62,800 nucleotides of DNA from Methanobacteriota archaeon (lineage in GTDB: Archaea; Thermoplasmatota; Poseidoniia; Poseidoniales; Poseidoniaceae). The DNA lies in contig JABIGM010000037.1 in the NCBI GenBank assembly GCA_018650165.1, positions 1 through 62,800 of the forward strand. The letters are read 5' to 3'. Made by a program: the position numbers and the translations under genes. The notes beneath the pieces were generated by a model, which saw only the letters and a program-made list of their open reading frames with translations, was not told the DNA's origin and made no database searches. Below are positions 1 to 8,726 of this stretch, in pieces. Positions within the stretch are counted from its first letter, which is position 1. Every line of letters starts with the position of its first letter.

Positions 1-154
1 ACCCAACAATCGGAATTAGAGATAATTCAACTCCAGTGAAAAAAGTCCAAAATGCGTATTTGGAATTTCTTTCCTCACGAGCATAAACCTGGACCATTTT
101 TATTAGAACTAATTGGATAAGAATACCAATTATCACATATCCAGAAGTTTGCAC
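1..154 (-). CDS. Partial (runs off left edge) putative membrane protein
   Basis: Manual translation: open minus frame VQTSGYVIIGILIQLVLIKMVQVYAREERNSKYAFWTFFTGVELSLIPIVG with two hydrophobic segments, just downstream of the 196-870 gene; GTG start assumed. Confidence 0.4.
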   Translation of the reverse strand, partial: MQTSGYVIIGILIQLVLIKMVQVYAREERNSKYAFWTFFTGVELSLIPIVG

Positions 155-195
155 AATTAATGTTTCAACACAACCGAAATAAATCTATTCCCGAT

Positions 196-870
196 TCAAA
201 CCAGAAGGCCTGCAATTAGTGACATTAATGCTGTTCTGAAGGGAACTAGAGGCCTCCATCCGTCACCAGTCAAATCCAAAAGTAAGTCGTGGAGAGGGGC
301 TAAATCAGGCCTATTACCACTAATCTCAGAAATTGGTTTAGCATCCATCCCTGCAATTTCATGACCAAACAAAGTTTCTGCAGTGAATTTACCGCTCGTT
401 CCTTGATGAGTGCGTTGCCATAACATTTCAAATTCAGATTTTGAATCTTTGGCCAACCACTCACGACGACCGCACATGTCGATTCGATTGATTTTCTTCT
501 CGGCCCTTAGGATATGCGCTATTGCATTAGCGGCATCGATTACACTCAACCAATAACGTGGACTGCTATTCATGTCCTCTCCATTAGCCCACCGAATTAT
601 TTCGGGAGCTAGCCATTTATCTGCTCGTGATGGAATCAGATCATGAATTATCAAATCCTTGCCCACCACAAGGTTCGCATCACTGCCATCAAATGATATC
701 GAATACCCATCGCCTTCGGAATACAAATTTGCGGTTGAGTATTCCAATAGGGTGGAGTTTCTCTTGTAATGGCTATCCTCTGCAGCGATTACGTCAATAT
801 CCATAGAAAGGAGTTTGTCGACTACTGCCTCACCAAGTGAACATGTCGCCCCCAGGATCAATATTGCCAT
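196..870 (-). CDS. NAD(P)-binding Rossmann-like protein (degenerate extended SDR/epimerase-like)
   Basis: N-terminal ILILGATCSLGEAVV resembles the GxxGxxG beta-alpha motif; later V.D.A.A motif (SVIDAANAI); no YxxxK seen. Confidence 0.5.
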   Translation of the reverse strand: MAILILGATCSLGEAVVDKLLSMDIDVIAAEDSHYKRNSTLLEYSTANLYSEGDGYSISFDGSDANLVVGKDLIIHDLIPSRADKWLAPEIIRWANGEDMNSSPRYWLSVIDAANAIAHILRAEKKINRIDMCGRREWLAKDSKSEFEMLWQRTHQGTSGKFTAETLFGHEIAGMDAKPISEISGNRPDLAPLHDLLLDLTGDGWRPLVPFRTALMSLIAGLLV

Positions 871-920
871 TATTGTAAGCCGAAGGTTCTCTCTTGATGA
901 GGTTTCTCTTAAGCATTTTT

Positions 921-946
921 CAATTGGGTTTTTAAATATTCAATTG
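921..946 (-). promoter_or_regulatory. TATA-like box flanked by CAATTG boxes, upstream of the 196-870 gene
   Basis: Minus strand reads CAATTG-AATA-TTTAAAAA-CC-CAATTG. Confidence 0.55.
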
Positions 947-1084
947 ATAATTTTACCTAGATGTGTTTTTTACTCTATGATTATGCGACACCAATTGAAA
1001 GTAAACTTTTACACCCTTTGTTAAAAATGAAATAAGTATGCTTTTCCAATTGGAGATAAATGGATTATGCGTCAAACTCAATTG
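921..1084. repeat. Cluster of five CAATTG palindromic boxes in an AT-rich divergent intergenic region
   Basis: CAATTG at 921, 941, 992, 1047 (inside the 10-bp palindrome TCCAATTGGA, 1045-1054) and 1079. Confidence 0.9.
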
Positions 1085-1173
1085 GAAATACATTATTTGA
1101 CGGGGGCAAGTATAAGAGTCGTCACTGTAGAGGATAGAATGGCCAAGAGTCACAAGGCCGAGGAGATGGGAAA

Positions 1174-1764
1174 ATGCCAAACAACGATTATGACATCCAG
1201 GAGTTACTCCAGAGGGATGTATACGTGAATGATACAAAGGTGGGGACGATCGTAGGAGAACGTCACCATCCGAACGAAGCGAGGGTGCGCTCGATGCGCA
1301 TAATGGTGGAGCCTGAGGTTGCAGATGAATTCATGCGCAAACCTGCAGAACTTGCACCACTACACAAGGAGTTAATCCACAGCATCAGAAATGATGGTGC
1401 GGTAAAACTCTCAAAATCAATGCGTGAACTTCAGCGACGCTGGAGAAACACAGTCCGTATCGATGAGAAGCTATACGCCCCTGATGAAATGGTCGACAAA
1501 GCAGTACTAGATAATCAAGGAATGGAAATTGGAGTAATTACCGATTTGGTGAAATTCAAGCGAACTTACCGCGCCATAGTTGTCAAGACACGTATTGGAG
1601 TTCAGATCCAACATGGTGTTGAAAGTACGATTAATATTCCAATTACAGCACTAGCACGTACACGTGAGCGCCTGGATGAAGTAGTTCTGTCACGAACTCT
1701 CGACAAGTTGCTTGGCCTGCCATCTTACATGCAGGTCAACGACCCTGCTGCAGAAGTAGAGTGA
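1174..1764 (+). CDS. Tandem (double) PRC-barrel domain protein
   Basis: Two similar halves: LLQRDVYVNDTKVGTIVG...VKLSKS and MVDKAVLDNQGMEIGVITDL...VVLSRT, matching the PRC pattern GxxVxxxxGxxxGxVxD. Confidence 0.7.
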   Translation: MPNNDYDIQELLQRDVYVNDTKVGTIVGERHHPNEARVRSMRIMVEPEVADEFMRKPAELAPLHKELIHSIRNDGAVKLSKSMRELQRRWRNTVRIDEKLYAPDEMVDKAVLDNQGMEIGVITDLVKFKRTYRAIVVKTRIGVQIQHGVESTINIPITALARTRERLDEVVLSRTLDKLLGLPSYMQVNDPAAEVE

Positions 1765-1813
1765 AGCACACCGTCGTCTTTATGATGGGATGGCCGGTCG
1801 CCGACTTGCCTTT

Positions 1814-1887
1814 GCGCGGGTAGCTTAGTCGGCTGGAGCACCCGGCTGATAACCGGGAGGTCGCAGGTTCGAGTCCTGCCTCGCGCA
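1814..1887 (+). tRNA. tRNA-Ile(GAT), intronless
   Basis: Acceptor GCGCGGG/CTCGCGC, anticodon arm CCCGG-CT GAT AA-CCGGG, T-arm GCAGG-TTCGAGT-CCTGC; full CCA not encoded. Confidence 0.97.
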
Positions 1888-1999
1888 CCTTAGAACTGCT
1901 TAGGGTGCCATTGCGTCGCAATAATTGTGAAAAACTAGCAATATACAATTGTTGATTTGATGATAACCCTCATGTAGCCCCCTCACAGGCCCTTGTAAC

Positions 2000-2935
2000 A
2001 TGGTAGTGGTTTCGGGTAGCAATTCCCGCGCCCTCGCTATCGACTTAGCAACACACCTGGGATGGGAACACCATTCTCTCGAGGCACGGAGATTTCCCGA
2101 TTCAGAAGGATACATTAGAATTCCTGAAGAAGCGATAGAATCTGTTCGTAAAGAGCCCGTTGTATTGGTCTCAAATACATTCCCTGACTCGGGGATTGTA
2201 GAAACCCTCCTCCTCCTCGAAGCCCTAAGAGATGTTAGAGCAGGACGTACTGATAACCTAAATGAAATCGGACCTCAGTCGATGGAACCAGTTGGCGCTG
2301 GTGTGATTGTTGCGATTCCTTACTTCGGCTATTCTCGCCAGGATAAAAGATTCCGTCCCGGGGAGGCAATTAGTGCAAAGGCGATCGGTCGTTTGTTAGC
2401 CGCTCATTGTGATGGCATTGTTGTATTCGATTTACACGCACCTGCTGCCCTGGAGGAAATGCCGATTCCTGTGGAATTCACATCTGCTATGCCTGAGATT
2501 GCATCTTACCTACAAACCACTGTGAAGCCTGATTTTATACTCTCTCCTGACAAGGGCGCTATTGAACGTGCAAAAGCAGTTGCTGATTCGATTGGCCTTC
2601 CATTCTCATACCTAGAAAAGACACGTATTGATGCACACACTATCATTCACAAGGCGAAAGACCTCGATGTTGAAGGCAAGATTGTTGCAATCGTCGATGA
2701 TATGATTGCTACTGGAGGCACTATTTGCAAAGCCGCTGATGCATTACGAAGTCAGGGCGCCACAGGAGTTCATGCTGCATGTACTCACGGATTATTCACC
2801 GGTGGGGCCATCATGCGATTGTCAAATCATGTCGATGGCGTGTATGCAACCTCTAGTCTGGCCAATAACCGGGCTGTTATCTCCGGCGGGGCCGCATTGG
2901 CTCGTGGTGTGCGTAAAATACTGGAAGATTTGTGA
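2000..2935 (+). CDS. prs: Ribose-phosphate pyrophosphokinase
   Basis: RRFPDSEGYIRI, PYFGYSRQDKRF, FDLH, SPDKGA, PRPP-binding IVDDMIATGGT, CTHGLF. Confidence 0.95.
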   Translation: MVVVSGSNSRALAIDLATHLGWEHHSLEARRFPDSEGYIRIPEEAIESVRKEPVVLVSNTFPDSGIVETLLLLEALRDVRAGRTDNLNEIGPQSMEPVGAGVIVAIPYFGYSRQDKRFRPGEAISAKAIGRLLAAHCDGIVVFDLHAPAALEEMPIPVEFTSAMPEIASYLQTTVKPDFILSPDKGAIERAKAVADSIGLPFSYLEKTRIDAHTIIHKAKDLDVEGKIVAIVDDMIATGGTICKAADALRSQGATGVHAACTHGLFTGGAIMRLSNHVDGVYATSSLANNRAVISGGAALARGVRKILEDL

Positions 2936-3004
2936 ATCTCTCCACGGGCTCTCTATCCGTGGCGTTTATATTCGAGAGGTCGTGCGCAACATTGCTTCAC
3001 ATAA

Positions 3005-3029
3005 GCATGAGAGTGATTTCAATGAGTGC
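3005..3029 (+). promoter_or_regulatory. Kink-turn in the rpl7ae mRNA leader containing the SD and start codon
   Basis: GCAU-GA-GAG-[UGAU]-UUC-AAU-GA-GUGC: tandem G.A/A.G, 3-nt bulge AAU, C-G at the -1 position; AUG (3022-3024) lies in the bulge and first G.A pair. Confidence 0.8.
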
Positions 3030-3393
3030 ACACGTGTCATACGAAACCCCTAATGATGTCGCAGATAAAATCTACGAGATGATTCAGGCGAACAACAACG
3101 GACGAATGAAAAAAGGATCTAATGAGGTAACTAAGGCTGCGGAACGCGGTACTGCAAAGTTCATCATTATGGCAGAGGATGTTAACCCGCCAGAATTACT
3201 GGCACACATCCCGCTAATCTGCGCAGAGAAAGGTATCCCATTCGGATACGTTCCTAGCCAAGAATTCCTAGCTAAAGAAGCAGGTATGCCTGGTGGCGTA
3301 AAAACTGCATCTCTTGCCTTTTTAGAAGTATCAAAAGGTGCTCAAGAAAAATTCAACGAAGTTGTAGAGCTTGTCAAGGGGCTTTCCAACTGA
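3022..3393 (+). CDS. rpl7ae: 50S ribosomal protein L7Ae (eL8)
   Basis: KKGSNEVTKAAERG, IMAEDVNPPELLAHIPLICAEKGIPFGYVPS; start moved to ATG 3022. Confidence 0.96.
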   Translation: MSAHVSYETPNDVADKIYEMIQANNNGRMKKGSNEVTKAAERGTAKFIIMAEDVNPPELLAHIPLICAEKGIPFGYVPSQEFLAKEAGMPGGVKTASLAFLEVSKGAQEKFNEVVELVKGLSN

Positions 3394-3422
3394 AGTTTTT
3401 ACTGAACTCGGAGGAATAAGAA

Positions 3423-3647
3423 ATGTCTGAAGAACTCGGAGGATGGCCTGCAGAGGTTGTCGAAGTAGTAGGAAGAACTGGTATGACTGGTGAGGCTACT
3501 CAAGTAAAGGTGCGTGTCAATGATGCACCTAACCCACGTGACGTGGGCCGTATTATTACAAGAAACGTGATTGGACCTGTCCGTATCGGAGATATTCTGA
3601 TGCTACGTGACACTGGTCGTGAAGCACGTAAGCTCAACTATAGGTGA
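3423..3647 (+). CDS. rps28e: 30S ribosomal protein S28e
   Basis: [42 protein letters not shown]; SD GGAGGA. Confidence 0.97.
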   Translation: MSEELGGWPAEVVEVVGRTGMTGEATQVKVRVNDAPNPRDVGRIITRNVIGPVRIGDILMLRDTGREARKLNYR

Positions 3648-3652
3648 TCAAT

Positions 3653-3841
3653 ATGCCAGAACAGAGAATTTGTAGCTTCTCCGGAGAGATAATCGAACCG
3701 GGAACAGGATTGATGTTTATCCGCAGAGACGGGACAGTACAATGGTTCGCGAACAGTAAGTCTCGCAAAAATGCAGTCAAACTAAAGAGAAACTCTCGCC
3801 GTGTTAAATGGACTCGCCATTACGTTAAAGGCGGCGCTTAG
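3653..3841 (+). CDS. rpl24e: 50S ribosomal protein L24e (Zn-ligand-poor variant)
   Basis: CSFSGEIIEPGTGLMFIRRDG...RRVKWT; SD AGGTGA before ATG 3653. Confidence 0.95.
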   Translation: MPEQRICSFSGEIIEPGTGLMFIRRDGTVQWFANSKSRKNAVKLKRNSRRVKWTRHYVKGGA

Positions 3842-3914
3842 TACTAGAAAGCCTGTATTTTCAATCGCTGCGCTCAAATAGGGCTTGCCAGTCGGCCACA
3901 CTGGTGGAAATAGT

Positions 3915-4361
3915 ATGCAGACTACCTATGTCATGGTAAAGCCGGATGGTGTACAGCGCGGACTGGTTGGAGAAATCATTCAGAGATTCGAACGAAAGGG
4001 ACTACAATTGGTTGGACTAAAGCAAGTCATTGCGAGTGAAGAGATTGCAAAAACACACTATGCAGTTCACGCAGAAAGACCATTCTTCCCTGGACTAATC
4101 AAGTTCGTAACTAGTGGGCCTGTTGTTTGTATGGCTTGGCAAGGTAAAGATGCAATCAGTGTAGCTCGAAATTTAATCGGCCCAACAAATGGTCGTGAAG
4201 CCGCCCCTGGAACTATTCGTGGTGACTTTGGCATGGACATTGGTTACAATATGATTCATGGATCAGATGCTCCTGAAACCGCTGAATTCGAATTAGGACT
4301 TTGGTTCCCTGAAGGCGTTAACGAATGGAAACAAGACAGTCAGTCTTGGGTTTATGAGTGA
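3915..4361 (+). CDS. ndk: Nucleoside diphosphate kinase
   Basis: [31 protein letters not shown], active-site NMIHGSD. Confidence 0.97.
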   Translation: MQTTYVMVKPDGVQRGLVGEIIQRFERKGLQLVGLKQVIASEEIAKTHYAVHAERPFFPGLIKFVTSGPVVCMAWQGKDAISVARNLIGPTNGREAAPGTIRGDFGMDIGYNMIHGSDAPETAEFELGLWFPEGVNEWKQDSQSWVYE

Positions 4362-4369
4362 TTATTTAT

Positions 4370-4395
4370 CAATTGTAAATTTAAAAAAGCAATTG
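4370..4395 (+). promoter_or_regulatory. TATA-like box flanked by CAATTG boxes; probable internal leaderless promoter of infB
   Basis: CAATTG-TAAA-TTTAAAAA-AG-CAATTG; TATA about 23 nt before ATG 4407. Confidence 0.55.
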
Positions 4396-4406
4396 GGGTT
4401 TTACAT

Positions 4407-6245
4407 ATGTCTGAAGAGGGAGATGGTTCCGAAACCATTCCTGAAGAGGTGGTGAAAGACCTCGGCTGGCAACGCCAACCTATTGTTGCAGTTCTTGGGC
4501 ATGTAGACCATGGTAAAACTAGTGTTTTAGATCATTTTAGATCACTTGGTAACGAGAGACAAGCTAGTGTGATGGATCGTGAAGCAGGGGGCATAACCCA
4601 ACACATTGGCGCAACCGAAGTTCCTGCGAAAATTCTCAATGAGACTTGTGCAGCCATGACTGGTGGAAAGGATTTCAACAGTCCAGGATTACTGTTCATA
4701 GACACCCCCGGTCACCATTCTTTCACAAGTTTGCGAAGTCGTGGCGGGGCTTTAGCTGATATCGCAATCCTTGTTGTCGATATCATGGAAGGGTTACAGC
4801 CTCAAACAATCGAAAGTCTTCGAATCCTTCGTGATAAGAAGACTCCATTCGTAATTGCTGCCAACAAAGTTGACCGCTTACACGGATGGAGGACCGAAGA
4901 TGGTCGTTCGTTCATTGAATCATGGGCTAACCAACGAGATGATGTCAAGCAGTACTTCGAAGATCGCTATTGGAAACTACTTGGTCAATTCAGCGAACAT
5001 GGATTCAACATTGAGCGCTATGACAAGATTAGGGATTTCAAGTCGAACCTCGCATTGGTTCCATGTTCTGCAAAAGACGGTGAAGGGTTGCAAGATTTGC
5101 TAACGGTTACTGTTGGACTGGCAGAAAGGTTCCTTGAAGAGCGACTTCGAGACACATTAGGTGATGGCGAAGGCACGGTTCTTGAAATGAAAGATGAGAG
5201 GGGGCTAGGAAAAACCATTGATGTTATTCTAAATCGTGGTGAATTAAATGTTGGCGACACTATCACACTTGTTGGAGCAGATGGGCCATTTTCTACTCAC
5301 ATCAAGGGTATGTTCAGACCAAAGGGTATGTCTGAAATGCGCGATGCGGGCGATAGATGGGAATCCTGCGATAACGCAATTGCAGCGTGTGGCTTGAAAA
5401 TCGTTGCACCTGGGCTTGAAAAGGTTCTTGCTGGCACCACCTTACGCCAAACAAACAACTCTGAATCGAAAAAGACCGCTGAGGCTGAAGCGCGTAAAGA
5501 AGCAACAATCTCAGTCGATATCGCAGAAGAGGGGGTGGTTATCAAAGCGGATACCATTGGTGGCCTTGAGGCTCTAGCCTTTGAGTTAAACAAGTTGGAA
5601 ATACCGATTCGCATGGCAACGATTGGGCCTGTTAACAAAAGAGACATCATTACTGCACAATGTGCAGAGGACCCTCTGAATCAAATTATTCTCGCATTTT
5701 CAGTAAAAGGCAATTCTGAAGTCCAGCCTCGTCTTGAAGGCCCGGATGCTGAAATTAAATTCATTAGCGCCGACATCATATATCGTATTCTTGAGGACTT
5801 TGAAGAGTGGAGAGATGCCACGAAGGCGGAAATGGAAGCCGCTGCAAGAGAAAATCTTGTTTATCCGGGTCACTTACTGTACCTTGCAGATCACACCTTC
5901 CGAAATAAAGGTCCAGCAATTGTTGGAATGCGAGTGGTTGGGGGTCGTGTCCATGTTGGCCAACGAATCATGAAATTGGATGGAACTCAAATCGGGCAAA
6001 TCAAGAGTCTTCGTACTAGGTCCAGTGAAGAAGTAAAGGAAGGACGCCAGGGAGATGAGCTCGCAGTTGCAGTAATGGGTCCTACAGTTGGACGTCATAT
6101 CGATGAGGGGGATGAGTTCTGGGTAGACATTCCAGCGGCTCATGCCAAGAGATTGCGAAAAATCGATTTAACGCCTATCGAAGAAGAAATTCTAGATGAA
6201 ATCACCCGTCTTCACAGGAAGAATGACCACTTTTGGGGTCGCTAA
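4407..6245 (+). CDS. infB: Translation initiation factor aIF5B (IF-2)
   Basis: GHVDHGKT, EAGGITQHIGA, DTPGH, NKVD; follows ndk as in the conserved archaeal operon. Confidence 0.97.
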   Translation: MSEEGDGSETIPEEVVKDLGWQRQPIVAVLGHVDHGKTSVLDHFRSLGNERQASVMDREAGGITQHIGATEVPAKILNETCAAMTGGKDFNSPGLLFIDTPGHHSFTSLRSRGGALADIAILVVDIMEGLQPQTIESLRILRDKKTPFVIAANKVDRLHGWRTEDGRSFIESWANQRDDVKQYFEDRYWKLLGQFSEHGFNIERYDKIRDFKSNLALVPCSAKDGEGLQDLLTVTVGLAERFLEERLRDTLGDGEGTVLEMKDERGLGKTIDVILNRGELNVGDTITLVGADGPFSTHIKGMFRPKGMSEMRDAGDRWESCDNAIAACGLKIVAPGLEKVLAGTTLRQTNNSESKKTAEAEARKEATISVDIAEEGVVIKADTIGGLEALAFELNKLEIPIRMATIGPVNKRDIITAQCAEDPLNQIILAFSVKGNSEVQPRLEGPDAEIKFISADIIYRILEDFEEWRDATKAEMEAAARENLVYPGHLLYLADHTFRNKGPAIVGMRVVGGRVHVGQRIMKLDGTQIGQIKSLRTRSSEEVKEGRQGDELAVAVMGPTVGRHIDEGDEFWVDIPAAHAKRLRKIDLTPIEEEILDEITRLHRKNDHFWGR

Positions 6246-6341
6246 ATACGAAATATTTGCCTAATTGTTTCGACTTACTGACGCAATACCTTGAAGTATG
6301 GAATGGACTGGTTCCAATTTGTACCAAGGGATGTAATTACC

Positions 6342-7349
6342 ATGAATGCAGGATTCCAAGCAGGCGCACCAGCAGGTGACCACCGCACTAAAGACCTCAT
6401 TGCAACCGTTTCTTCGATTGCAAATTCGCTAATGGGCGAGGTTTCAAAAGTTATTATTGGTAAGAATGAAAATCTACGTAGAGTAACTGTTGGAATTCTA
6501 TCAAACGGTAACATGCTGCTAGAAGATTTCCCTGGACTTGCAAAAACACTGCTTGCAAATACTTTCGCTCAAGCCCTTGGTTGCAAGTTTAAGCGTGTTC
6601 AATTTACTCCCGATTTGCTTCCGAGTGACATTATGGGGACATACATGTATGACCAGAAGTCCGGTGAATTCAAACTGCGTGCAGGTCCACTTTTTGCTAA
6701 CATACTACTAGCAGACGAAATTAACCGTGCACCACCTAAGACACAGGCAGCATTGCTTGAAGCAATGGAAGAAAAGCAGGTTACAATCGAAGGAATTACT
6801 CACAAGTTGCCAGCGCCGTTCGTGGTTATTGCAACTCAGAACCCTATCGAGCAAGAAGGAACATATCCGCTTCCAGAAGCACAGATGGACCGTTTCTTGA
6901 TGAAGATGAGTATGGGATACCCAGATCGTGCCGAAGAAAAAGCAATTCTGGCTCGTCGAAAGCTGCGTGGAAAAGATGGTCACGATGTTGAACAGATCAC
7001 TTCACCAAAGAAGGTCGTTGCAATGCAAAAGGCATTGGAGACTGTCCATGTAGACCCTGCAATTTTGTCTTACATTATTGAAATCGTACAGCGTACACGT
7101 GAAGACCACCGTGTAGTAAACGGTGCATCTCCTCGTGCATCTCAAGCATTATTCAAGTCGGGACGTGCGGCTGCTGCTATCGATGGCCGTGATTATGTAA
7201 TTCCAGATGATATCAAAGGGATTTCACTTCAGATTATCTCACACAGAATCAATATGAAGCCTGAGGCTAAGATTCGTGGAATTACTGGAATGCACATTGT
7301 TCGAAAGATTCTTTCTGAAGTTCCAGTTCCTGTCATCCAACAGGGCTGA
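6342..7349 (+). CDS. MoxR-family AAA+ ATPase
   Basis: LLEDFPGLAKT (Walker A variant), RVQFTPDLLPSDI, LADEINRAPPKTQAALLEAMEE, ATQNPIEQEGTYPLPEAQMDRF, GASPRA; start may be 6291. Confidence 0.93.
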   Translation: MNAGFQAGAPAGDHRTKDLIATVSSIANSLMGEVSKVIIGKNENLRRVTVGILSNGNMLLEDFPGLAKTLLANTFAQALGCKFKRVQFTPDLLPSDIMGTYMYDQKSGEFKLRAGPLFANILLADEINRAPPKTQAALLEAMEEKQVTIEGITHKLPAPFVVIATQNPIEQEGTYPLPEAQMDRFLMKMSMGYPDRAEEKAILARRKLRGKDGHDVEQITSPKKVVAMQKALETVHVDPAILSYIIEIVQRTREDHRVVNGASPRASQALFKSGRAAAAIDGRDYVIPDDIKGISLQIISHRINMKPEAKIRGITGMHIVRKILSEVPVPVIQQG

Positions 7350-7428
7350 TTACCACTCGGTTAATGCCATTCTTTACAGAGGGGAGACTCCCTCGTATGA
7401 TTCGGCAGTGGCCGTTGAGGAGTGAAAG

Positions 7429-8397
7429 ATGAACCCTTACAAGATGGTAGTGGCAGTAGCAAACCAGAAAGGTGGCTGTGCTAAAACAACTACTGCGGTC
7501 AATTTAGCCACCGCACTTGCCAAAGGTTCAACTAAATTCAAAGTACCTCCGGCCAAAGTTCTACTAATCGATTTAGACCCACAAGGTAATTGTGCAACAT
7601 CTTTTGGTGTTGAAAAGAAAAAAATTCGAAAAACAGCATACGATTTACTAGTTAATGACGGCGGCGAAGATTTACCATTAATGGAAGAATACCTGATTTC
7701 GCCTCAGGCTTTGACTGATTCGATGAGGAAAGCCTGGGCAAAGCGTAATGAAAATTCGAAACGAATTCCAAATGATTTAGGTATTGATAACCTATGGCTT
7801 CTGCCTAGTGACATACACCTCTCTGGAGCAGAGATTGAACTCAGTCACCGTATTGGCCGGGAAACCCGGCTTCGAGAAGCTCTCGCTCCTATCATCGATA
7901 ATTTCGACCATATCATTATCGATACACCACCTTCCCTCGGATTATTATCGATAAATGCATTATGTGCTGCAAATTGGGTATTTATCCCAGTACAGGCTGA
8001 ATACTATGCATTGGAAGGATTCAGTATGCTGATGAATAGTGTAAAGATGATCCAAAAGAGAATCAATAGAAACTTGAAGATTTTTGGAGTTGCCATGACT
8101 ATGGTGGACCAACGTTCAAAATTATCGCTCCATGTATGTGATGAAGTTCAATCAAAAATACCGAAAAAAGTATTCAAAACCCCAATTAGAAGGTTGGCAA
8201 AGGTTGCCGAAGCAGCCTGGACTGGTGCGCCAACTGTGATTCTGAACAAACCAAGTAGCAGTGGAGCAGGGGCTGGAAGTCGAGAATATTGGTCACTTAC
8301 AAAGGAATACCATGAGCGAGTACAAGAAATGAGACGACGATTTGGAGTCACAGAACACCCGCGTCTTTTGCTTGAAAAACAAGGGCGGACTTTCTGA
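7429..8397 (+). CDS. ParA/Soj-family ATPase
   Basis: VANQKGGCAKTTT deviant Walker A, IDLDPQGN, IDTPPSLG, PVQAEYYALEG. Confidence 0.93.
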   Translation: MNPYKMVVAVANQKGGCAKTTTAVNLATALAKGSTKFKVPPAKVLLIDLDPQGNCATSFGVEKKKIRKTAYDLLVNDGGEDLPLMEEYLISPQALTDSMRKAWAKRNENSKRIPNDLGIDNLWLLPSDIHLSGAEIELSHRIGRETRLREALAPIIDNFDHIIIDTPPSLGLLSINALCAANWVFIPVQAEYYALEGFSMLMNSVKMIQKRINRNLKIFGVAMTMVDQRSKLSLHVCDEVQSKIPKKVFKTPIRRLAKVAEAAWTGAPTVILNKPSSSGAGAGSREYWSLTKEYHERVQEMRRRFGVTEHPRLLLEKQGRTF

Positions 8398-8488
8398 GAC
8401 TGAGTTGAATTTGTTAGATTGATTGCACTATTGCGCGTGATATTCAAGTAGTCAACAGGTGCCAAGGCTTACTATGACTGGCGAAGGT

Positions 8489-8716
8489 ATGACCTCGGTA
8501 AGTGTAAGTTACGAAATCCGAAGGCAATTGAATACGCTGCGAACGATGGATGGGCATCGTAGTGTCGACACATTTCTCGGAGAGTTAATTCGTGCGCATA
8601 AATTAGCAAAAATGAATGGTGAACTCGAGAGTTTACGTTCACAGATGAAAGAAGTAGCAGATGTCAATGCGGAACATTTAGTTCAACGATTGAATCTATC
8701 TCCATTCAAGGTATGA
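8489..8716 (+). CDS. Small protein with probable N-terminal ribbon-helix-helix DNA-binding domain and C-terminal helix
   Basis: MTSVSVS (alternating strand), YEIRRQLNTLR (helix), SVDTFLGELI (S-x-D-capped helix); alternative starts 8459 and 8474. Confidence 0.55.
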   Translation: MTSVSVSYEIRRQLNTLRTMDGHRSVDTFLGELIRAHKLAKMNGELESLRSQMKEVADVNAEHLVQRLNLSPFKV

Positions 8717-8726
8717 GGTGTTCAAT

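Noticed and set aside
815-1237. Short ORFs 815-1024 (+) and 953-1237 (-)
   Set aside because: They overlap real genes or lie over the AT-rich repeat region, with no motifs; the region is better explained as non-coding
1814-1900. tRNA-Ile as an integration site
   Set aside because: No duplicated tRNA 3' end, integrase or foreign gene block in the window
2942-2962. Hairpin CCACGG/CCGTGG after prs
   Set aside because: Only 6 bp with a 9-nt loop, and it abuts the rpl7ae TATA; too weak to call a terminator
8398-8453. Imperfect inverted repeat GACT..TTGAAT / ATTCAA..AGTC between parA and the RHH gene
   Set aside because: Only 6+4 bp with an indel; compatible with chance in AT-rich DNA
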